Shown: positions 8,202 to 13,728 of the stretch, one piece after another
Layout: every line of letters starts with the position of its first letter
Position numbering within the stretch: the first letter of the stretch is position 1
Sequence record: MT740725.1
Length of the DNA: 13,728 nt
DNA from: Ralstonia phage Adzire
Direction: 5' to 3' (one strand)
Made by a program: the position numbers and the translations under genes
The notes under the pieces: model-generated
The model's input: the letters and a program-made list of their open reading frames with translations, nothing else
What the model was told of the DNA's origin: nothing
Databases searched by the model: none

Positions 8202-8407
8202 GCCCAGATGAAGGCCCAGAGCCAGCCGATCAACGTCCAACCTAGCAGCAGGTTGAGCCACAAGATCGCCAGCACGTTGCGGTGGCCGCGCACGAGCGCA
8301 ATGCCGAACGGCAGCAGATAGCCCAGCGAGACAAACGTGAAGGCCCCGGCGCAGAAGATGCGCACCAAAAACCCGAGCAGCGCATCGGCGCGTTGGTGGG
8401 TCGTCAT
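8183..8407 (-). CDS. Superinfection immunity protein (T4 Imm-like)
   Basis: MTTHQRADALLGFLVRIFCAGAFTFVSLGYLLPFGIALVRGHRNVLAILWLNLLLGWTLIGWLWAFIWAWTSPR: LP..IALxRGHRNxLAIxxLNLLLGWTxIGWxxA is characteristic of Imm_superinfect-type proteins. Confidence 0.85.
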   Translation of the reverse strand: MTTHQRADALLGFLVRIFCAGAFTFVSLGYLLPFGIALVRGHRNVLAILWLNLLLGWTLIGWLWAFIWAWTSPR

Positions 8408-8454
8408 CAGTCTGCGAGGGAAACCTCGGCCTTCAGGCCGAGGAGGTAGAGCGC
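8404..8454 (-). repeat. 51-bp direct repeat, copy 2 (isolated iscB 3' end / right end)
   Basis: Perfect match to 5841-5891. On the - strand it encodes ALYLLGLKAEVSLAD-stop, the exact IscB C-terminus, without the rest of the gene. Confidence 0.97.
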
Positions 8455-8846
8455 TCGCTCTCACGGCGCGCCGGCGTAGTCCAACGGTCGTCGACGTCTG
8501 GGCGGTGCCGAATCATCCCCAGCAAAAATACGACGCAACAGCCGGCGTGCGCGATGTGCGACAGTCCGCTCTCGGGATCGTTGTCCTCCCCGTCCGCGAA
8601 CGCGTAGAGATGGCGCAACGCAGCATCCAACAGGCGCGAATAGGCGATGCCCTGGCGCCAGTTGTGCGCGGCGTATTTCTGCGCCCCGAAGGCCAGCACG
8701 CGTCCGATTTCCTCAATCGCGTGCCGATCCACCAACGACAACGGCGGCTTGTTGTTGTCGTGCTTCACACCCGTAGCCGGCGCCGCGCGACTAGGAGTCG
8801 GAGGCGGCGGTAGCTTACCGCCGCGGGGTTGGTATCCTTGGCTCAT
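8433..8846 (-). CDS. DUF5664 / dATP-dGTP diphosphohydrolase N-terminal-like protein
   Basis: Core VKHDNNKPPLSLVDRHAIEEIGRVLAFGAQKYAAHNWRQGIAYSRLLDAALRHLYAFADGEDNDPESGLSHIAHAGCCVVFLL. Start overlaps the upstream stop (ATGA). The last codons lie inside the 51-bp repeat. Confidence 0.75.
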   Translation of the reverse strand: MSQGYQPRGGKLPPPPTPSRAAPATGVKHDNNKPPLSLVDRHAIEEIGRVLAFGAQKYAAHNWRQGIAYSRLLDAALRHLYAFADGEDNDPESGLSHIAHAGCCVVFLLGMIRHRPDVDDRWTTPARRESERSTSSA

Positions 8847-9652
8847 GCTGCCACCCCATTACCGCGCAGCGGTCCCAGCACTTGCATGGTCGCCAGATGC
8901 AGCGCACGTTGTTGCGGGGTGTAGCGCATCACGTCGGCTGGCAGGCCCCAGATCGTCTGCGTCTCGTTGTAGGCAGCCATGCCATGTTGCTCGATGTACT
9001 GACGCGCCGTACGGCTGTGCGTGAGCACGAATTGCGGCTGTTGCGACGACGGATCGGCCAGAATCTCAGCTTGGCGCAATTCGATCTGGGCGCGCGTCGG
9101 CGAATCTTCGGACAGTTGCGCAGACGCAACAGGTGCAGGGGCCGGCGCGGCGGGGTCCGCTTCTTTCTGAGCTTCGCGCGCCGCTTGATCGGACGGAGTT
9201 TCACCCGTCGGCGGCGCGGCCACGAAACCTGCGGGCGGTTGCGTACCCGTTTCTGCGGGGAGTGCTGGCACCACCGCATGTACAGGACCTTGCGTGACAG
9301 CAACACCGCTTGCTGCAAGTGCCAGCGCGTCGGCGGTCGACATCTGTGCTGCGTGTTCGCGAGCCATAACAGTGTTGCGCTCGTCCGCTTCAATCTCCGC
9401 CTTAGCCCGGCGCTTGCGCTTTGGCTTGTCGCCATCCGACTCTGCGCCCGGGCGGTTGCCGGGGTTCTCGTCGAACTCCGGCCCCGCAGGTTTCGGTTCG
9501 TCCTGCTTGGCGGCCTCGACAATGTGTGCAACGGCGCCAGATGGCAGCACGAGATCAACGTGTGGCAAAGATGCAACAGTAGGTGTTTGGTGGAACAGGT
9601 CAGCAAAAGCGCGCAACTCGGACAGCGAGTCGAACTCGGCAGTGATTTTCAT
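8843..9652 (-). CDS. Hypothetical phage protein with Ala/Pro-rich central region
   Basis: The long ORF 8843..9838 most plausibly starts at the ATG at 9652 (MKITAEFDSLSELRAFADLF...). It is downstream of the HTH-like gene, and its stop overlaps the next start. Confidence 0.65.
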   Translation of the reverse strand: MKITAEFDSLSELRAFADLFHQTPTVASLPHVDLVLPSGAVAHIVEAAKQDEPKPAGPEFDENPGNRPGAESDGDKPKRKRRAKAEIEADERNTVMAREHAAQMSTADALALAASGVAVTQGPVHAVVPALPAETGTQPPAGFVAAPPTGETPSDQAAREAQKEADPAAPAPAPVASAQLSEDSPTRAQIELRQAEILADPSSQQPQFVLTHSRTARQYIEQHGMAAYNETQTIWGLPADVMRYTPQQRALHLATMQVLGPLRGNGVAA

Positions 9653-9704
9653 GATGTCTTCGCCTTCTTGGCGTTGTGGTGGGTTTGTTGTTTTCTCGCA
9701 ACGG

Positions 9705-9986
9705 TCAAGCGACTGCGCGCTGGGGCTCTTTTCCGGGTTTGCCCTTGGTCTGGAGATGCGCCTTGGTGTGCAGGAAATTGCGGTGCGCGGGCTCGTCGGC
9801 TTTGAATGCCTCCAGAATCTGCATGTACCGCTCCACACCGCACCGGTTGGTGTGGCGGATGCTGTAGATCACGCGCGCCGAGGTGCCCAGGATTTCAGCG
9901 ATTTTCGGCACGCCGATGGCGTCCGTCATCTCTGCAATGCTCAGGTCTTCGACCGGGATCGACATATAGTCGCGTCGGGGGTTCAT
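9705..9986 (-). CDS. Small putative DNA-binding (HTH-like) protein
   Basis: ATG at 9986 preceded by AGGAG. The segment IGVPKIAEILGTSARVIYSIRHTNR is compatible with a helix-turn-helix. Confidence 0.6.
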   Translation of the reverse strand: MNPRRDYMSIPVEDLSIAEMTDAIGVPKIAEILGTSARVIYSIRHTNRCGVERYMQILEAFKADEPAHRNFLHTKAHLQTKGKPGKEPQRAVA

Positions 9987-10020
9987 TACGTAGAACTCCT
10001 ATAGTTGGGGTGTTGACTAA

Positions 10021-10049
10021 AGTTTAAGTGTGATTGTCATTGCGGTCAA
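10021..10049 (-). promoter_or_regulatory. Candidate sigma70-type promoter for the 9986 gene
   Basis: - strand TTGACC (10049-10044), 17-nt spacer, TAAACT (10026-10021), upstream of a well-spaced RBS and ATG. Confidence 0.5.
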
Positions 10050-10070
10050 CGCGTTTTCTACACCCCACCT

Positions 10071-10886
10071 TTAATCCTTGCGCCACTCGGGCGCGACATA
10101 ACCCGCAGCGTCTAAGGGCAAACCCGGACACCAAATCGGGGTTTGTCGCATTCGTTCGAGCAGATGTTCGAGCACCTGCTCTGCGCCTTCGGCCGGATGT
10201 TCAATCAGCAGTTCGTCATGCACGTGGTGCACGACCTTCACCGCATGCTCAACGTCGAGCAGGATTTCGCCGAACACGTCACGAGCGAGTCCCTGCGTCA
10301 TGTTGTTCGACAGAATTTTGCGGTCGAGGGTTTCGATGTAGCCCTCGGGCTTGTCGTAGACCGGCGTCGGCGCCGTCGCACCGGGCTCCAGATGCAGGCG
10401 CGCGTTGTGGTAACTGATCGTCCGGTCGGACGGCAGATGCATGCGTAGGGCGCGCGCGTCGCGCACAAACACAATCTCGCTGCAAAAGTCGCGCCCGATT
10501 GGCATGTGCACCTCGCGCCCAGGCTGATCTAGCGCGATCATGGCGCTGTACTCACACAACGCCCACCAGCGCTCAAAAGCCGGCCGTGCGCCGCGCCAGC
10601 CGTAGACGATGACGGTCTGTTCCTCGGGTGGAATCTCGACACCATAGTTTTTGGCCATGCCGGCGAGCGCGTTCTCGGCGCCACCATAACCGAGCGACAG
10701 GTCGGCCACCTTGCCGATCTGGCGCTGGTCCTTGGTCACCTCTTCGTACGGCACGTGGTAAATGCCGCTGGCGGCCACCTTGTAACCGTCGATCTTGTTG
10801 TCGATGTTGGCAAGCTTCTCCAGATCGTTGGCTAGCCACGGCGCCATGCGGGCCTCGATCCCTGCGAGGTCGGCTACTACGAGCAT
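10071..10886 (-). CDS. Family A DNA polymerase, C-terminal palm/fingers part
   Basis: Motif A VVADLAGIEARM, motif B-like RQIGKVADLSLGYGG and motif C HHVHDELL are all present. Confidence 0.88.
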   Translation of the reverse strand: MLVVADLAGIEARMAPWLANDLEKLANIDNKIDGYKVAASGIYHVPYEEVTKDQRQIGKVADLSLGYGGAENALAGMAKNYGVEIPPEEQTVIVYGWRGARPAFERWWALCEYSAMIALDQPGREVHMPIGRDFCSEIVFVRDARALRMHLPSDRTISYHNARLHLEPGATAPTPVYDKPEGYIETLDRKILSNNMTQGLARDVFGEILLDVEHAVKVVHHVHDELLIEHPAEGAEQVLEHLLERMRQTPIWCPGLPLDAAGYVAPEWRKD

Positions 10887-10889
10887 GTG

Positions 10890-12041
10890 TCAATCCTCTG
10901 CGCGCACGAGCGCGCGTTGTGCGTCGGCCAGCGCGGCGAGCACTGGCCCGTGTTTTTCGGCGAGCCCGGCAAGATCGTTGGTGCGCACCATGTCGAGCAT
11001 CTCGGCGCAGTCCTCGGCGCTCTTACCCGGGCGCGGCCGGGCGAAGTTGTGTGCTTGAACCCCGCCGCAACCGACCGCTGTCCATCGCCCCGATAGGGCG
11101 CCGTGGAAGAGTAAAGAGAATTTCATACGATTGTCAACGTGCGCGCGCAGGATTGCCGCCGCTTTCTTCGGCGCTCGGCTAGCATCCAGGCGCAGTGCGA
11201 TGAGCGCTTTCAAATCGTCGGGGATGTCGTCGCGCGTAGCCATCTTTTTGAGCGCTTCCCGGCCAGCGTCGTCGATGTCCTCGCCCAGCGTCGCAGCGTA
11301 GTCTTTCAGCTTGGCGATCTCCGACGCAGCGAGAATCTTGCCTTCGGTCAGCACCGTGATCTGATAATCGATCAGTTCGAGCGCCAACTCGCGCATGTCT
11401 TCCATCGCCTGGGCCGCCGCGACGTCGACGGGGAACCCGCGCTCGTTGATTCGCATGTCGGCCTCGAACAGCGCTTGTTGGCGCGCCGGCATTGGCAACG
11501 TGGCGGCGTGCAGACCGATCATGGCGTCGGTGTCGGTGACGCCGTAGCGCGCCTGCCGTGCGAACTCGTTGGGGTGCGTCTGCGGCGTCCAATCCGGGTT
11601 GGTAGCGATCTGCATCATCACCGCCTTGCCTTCCATGTCTTTCTGCACTGGCAGCCCCATTGCCTCGCACGCGCGCTCCAATGAGCCGGGTAGGCCATTG
11701 TAACGGGCGCGCGCCGCGGTGCAGCGCGACTGCTCGATTGTCCAATGCGGCAGGTTAGGGAACGTTCGGCGCAGGATGTGGTTCCAGATGTTCTGATCGA
11801 ATTGCACGTTGTGGCACCACATCAGGCCGCCGCGTTCGATGTGCTGGGCCACGGGCACCAGCGCGTCGATCGGGTCGCCCTTCATCCACAGCCGGGTTTG
11901 TGATTCCCCCGGCAGCCGAAAGGTCCACAGGCTGACGCACGTGCTCGGATCATCCAGATAGCGGGCGAGCCCGTGCACGGGCAGATCGGTCCGGCTTTGG
12001 GTCTCCGAATCGGAGAACAGGTCGTGTTGGGTAGCGGTCAT
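10890..12041 (-). CDS. Family A DNA polymerase, N-terminal part with 3'-5' exonuclease domain
   Basis: Exo motifs SDSETQS (DxE), CHNVQFDQNIW (NxxFD) and YGVTDTDAM (YxxxD). Ends RALVRAED-TGA, in the same frame as the downstream ORF. Confidence 0.88.
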   Translation of the reverse strand: MTATQHDLFSDSETQSRTDLPVHGLARYLDDPSTCVSLWTFRLPGESQTRLWMKGDPIDALVPVAQHIERGGLMWCHNVQFDQNIWNHILRRTFPNLPHWTIEQSRCTAARARYNGLPGSLERACEAMGLPVQKDMEGKAVMMQIATNPDWTPQTHPNEFARQARYGVTDTDAMIGLHAATLPMPARQQALFEADMRINERGFPVDVAAAQAMEDMRELALELIDYQITVLTEGKILAASEIAKLKDYAATLGEDIDDAGREALKKMATRDDIPDDLKALIALRLDASRAPKKAAAILRAHVDNRMKFSLLFHGALSGRWTAVGCGGVQAHNFARPRPGKSAEDCAEMLDMVRTNDLAGLAEKHGPVLAALADAQRALVRAED

Positions 12042-12045
12042 TTTT

Positions 12046-13728
12046 TCAAAAGGACGGGTCGTACCGAAAAGTCTCCATTTTGTCGCCGTGCACGAATCGA
12101 AGTTCGGTCAAGAACACCTGACCATTTTCAAATCGTGTCAACTCAATGTCAAGAGGTTTCTGCACGGCTTGTCGCAACAGTACGGCGCGGTAGCCTTCGG
12201 TCGGCACCTTCATCCCCGTTGATTTTTCCCAATACTTCCGAGCAAAAGCGTAGAACTTCGGGTCCGCTGTCGACCGATCGAAATCGAGTCGTAGACTGAA
12301 ATTCGATTGTTCTGCTGTCAAGAAGTCGAAGCGGATAACACCGCCGCCCTCGGGCGTCGTCTGCATGTCGTCGACAGGGATGCGCCGCGATTCTTTGCAC
12401 ACCTCATCGCGTAGGGTGATGGCTTCTTCGTCGTGCAGTTCGTAGCCGCTGTCGGCCGCAAACGGATCGCGGTCGCGCTCGGTGCGGATGCGGCGGTGCA
12501 AGAAACCTTGACGCGGCCGACCGCACTGTCGGCACGTCATGTGCTCGGGATCGTTCAAAAAGCCGCATGCGGGTGCGGGTTGCTCGGCATCCATCAAGCC
12601 TAGCAGCACGCGCAGATCGGTTTCTTCCTGCTCGCTACTCGTCAGGAACCGGATGGCGCTGCGCTCGCGCTGCGGCGGGCGCCACGTCTCGCCGCTGGGC
12701 AACGTGACAGGCGGGCCGCCCTTCATCTCGTCGGTGCACTCCCACAATCCGGAGCGACTGTCGCCGGCCGTCACCTCGGCATTGATCGCGCCGTGGCGTG
12801 CGAAGTTGCCCCCCGCGTCGAGCACAAGTCCGTTGTCCTTGCCGGGGTAGGGACGGAAGATGCGCCCGACGATCTGGCGCCACAGCACGAGCGAGCGGGT
12901 GGGGCGCAGCACCACAAGGCAGTCGACGAATTTGGCGTTGAATCCGGTCGTCAGCATGGCCACGCTGACGATGTGGCGATGCTGCTTGCGCAGGTAGGCG
13001 TCGACGCCGTCGACGCGCTCGCCTTTCTCCAACTCGCCGTGGATGAGCACCGCCGATTCACCCGCATCGGTCAGCGCCTTGTGGATCATCTTGGCGTGCT
13101 CAATGTTCACACCGAACCACATGAAGTGCTTGCGGTCCTGGGCGTTCTCCAGCGCGACAGCTACGCATTCGCGCGTGACCTTCATCGCGCGCTGTGCGAG
13201 TTCCGCCTCGTCGAAGTCGCCGCCCTTGGTCTTGACACCTTCGGTGTCGATCTGGGGGAAGTAGACCGACGGTGCCACGATTGGTGAGAGGTAGCCCTCG
13301 CGCACCAATCGGTTATAGTTGCGCCCGCTCGTCAGATCGTAGACCAACGAGGTGAATAGCCCGCACTCGGTCAGCGGCACCACGCGCAGCCCCTGCATGC
13401 GGAACGGCGTAGCCGTGAGTCCAATCACGCGCAGGTTTGGGTTCAAATCGCGCAGCGCTTTCAGCGTCTTCGACGCGTTGGTCGACTCCTTCGACACATC
13501 GGTCAGGTGCGCCTCATCGATCACTACATAGTCGAGCCGACCAAAGCGGCGCGCCTGCCGGGCCACCGATTGGATCGTGCCGACGATGAATTGCGACAGC
13601 CTGTCCTTGGCGTTCAGGCCGGCGCAGTAGATGCCCATCCGGCGCACGAGCGCAGGCGGCAGGTAGTTCGCCGCTTCCTCGAAGTTCTGCTTTACCAACT
13701 CTTGCGACGGCACCAGCGACAACACGCG
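12046..13728 (-). CDS. DEAD/DEAH-box (SF2) helicase, 5' partial
   Basis: Motif II VVIDEAHL, motif III LTATPFR, C-terminal IVSVAMLTTGFNAKFVD and WRQIVGRIFRPYPGK (motif VI-like). A four-Cys pattern CGFLNDPEHMTCRQC is present. The frame remains open to the window edge. Confidence 0.9.
   Translation of the reverse strand, partial: RVLSLVPSQELVKQNFEEAANYLPPALVRRMGIYCAGLNAKDRLSQFIVGTIQSVARQARRFGRLDYVVIDEAHLTDVSKESTNASKTLKALRDLNPNLRVIGLTATPFRMQGLRVVPLTECGLFTSLVYDLTSGRNYNRLVREGYLSPIVAPSVYFPQIDTEGVKTKGGDFDEAELAQRAMKVTRECVAVALENAQDRKHFMWFGVNIEHAKMIHKALTDAGESAVLIHGELEKGERVDGVDAYLRKQHRHIVSVAMLTTGFNAKFVDCLVVLRPTRSLVLWRQIVGRIFRPYPGKDNGLVLDAGGNFARHGAINAEVTAGDSRSGLWECTDEMKGGPPVTLPSGETWRPPQRERSAIRFLTSSEQEETDLRVLLGLMDAEQPAPACGFLNDPEHMTCRQCGRPRQGFLHRRIRTERDRDPFAADSGYELHDEEAITLRDEVCKESRRIPVDDMQTTPEGGGVIRFDFLTAEQSNFSLRLDFDRSTADPKFYAFARKYWEKSTGMKVPTEGYRAVLLRQAVQKPLDIELTRFENGQVFLTELRFVHGDKMETFRYDPSF

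Noticed and set aside
5841-8454. CRISPR array or toxin-antitoxin interpretation of the repeats
   Set aside because: Only two copies 2.5 kb apart with genes between them. They are explained by the iscB 3' end/right-end hairpin, not by regularly spaced repeats.
8805-8823. CGGCGGTA-gct-TACCGCCG hairpin as a terminator or mobile end
   Set aside because: No T-tract on either side and it lies within a coding start region. Likely GC-rich coding sequence, though translational regulation cannot be excluded.
8337-9805. + strand ORFs 8337..8813 and 8882..9805
   Set aside because: Overlap antisense to the DUF5664-like and hypothetical genes of a consistent - strand operon; no recognisable motifs.
10886-10892. 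TGA in the polymerase as selenocysteine or genome-wide stop-codon recoding
   Set aside because: The site is not a redox or catalytic position, and no convincing SECIS hairpin was seen downstream. Several tail genes, iscB and the helicase in the same window end normally at TGA, arguing against global recoding.
12793-13287. 164-aa + strand ORF in the helicase region
   Set aside because: Antisense to conserved SF2 helicase motifs.

Overview
The window looks like part of a high-GC tailed-phage or prophage genome, with two gene blocks converging on a bidirectional terminator near 5.8 kb. The + strand block (1-5810) encodes structural genes: a partial baseplate hub-like protein, a Gp138/GpV-like baseplate protein, a baseplate J-like protein, a DUF2612-like tail protein, a glycine-rich tail fibre and a holin-like membrane protein. 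The - strand block (13728 down to 7590) encodes a DEAD/DEAH helicase, a family A DNA polymerase in two same-frame ORFs separated by a TGA codon, a small HTH-like protein, a hypothetical protein, a DUF5664 / dATP-dGTP-diphosphohydrolase-like protein, a T4 Imm-like superinfection immunity protein and small phage ORFs. Between the blocks sits an IS200/IS605-like element (about 5841-7572, - strand) with an apparently intact IscB (RuvC/HNH, ancestor-like to Cas9) and a strongly structured candidate omega-RNA upstream. No TnpA is visible. Main leads: (1) the phage-borne IscB/omega-RNA module, whose guide would come from the adjacent phage gene; (2) a perfect 51-bp second copy of the iscB 3' end/right end at 8404-8454, overlapping the start codon of the superinfection-immunity gene; (3) a DNA polymerase whose only visible lesion is one in-frame TGA just before motif A, followed 6 nt later by an ATG with a Shine-Dalgarno-like sequence.
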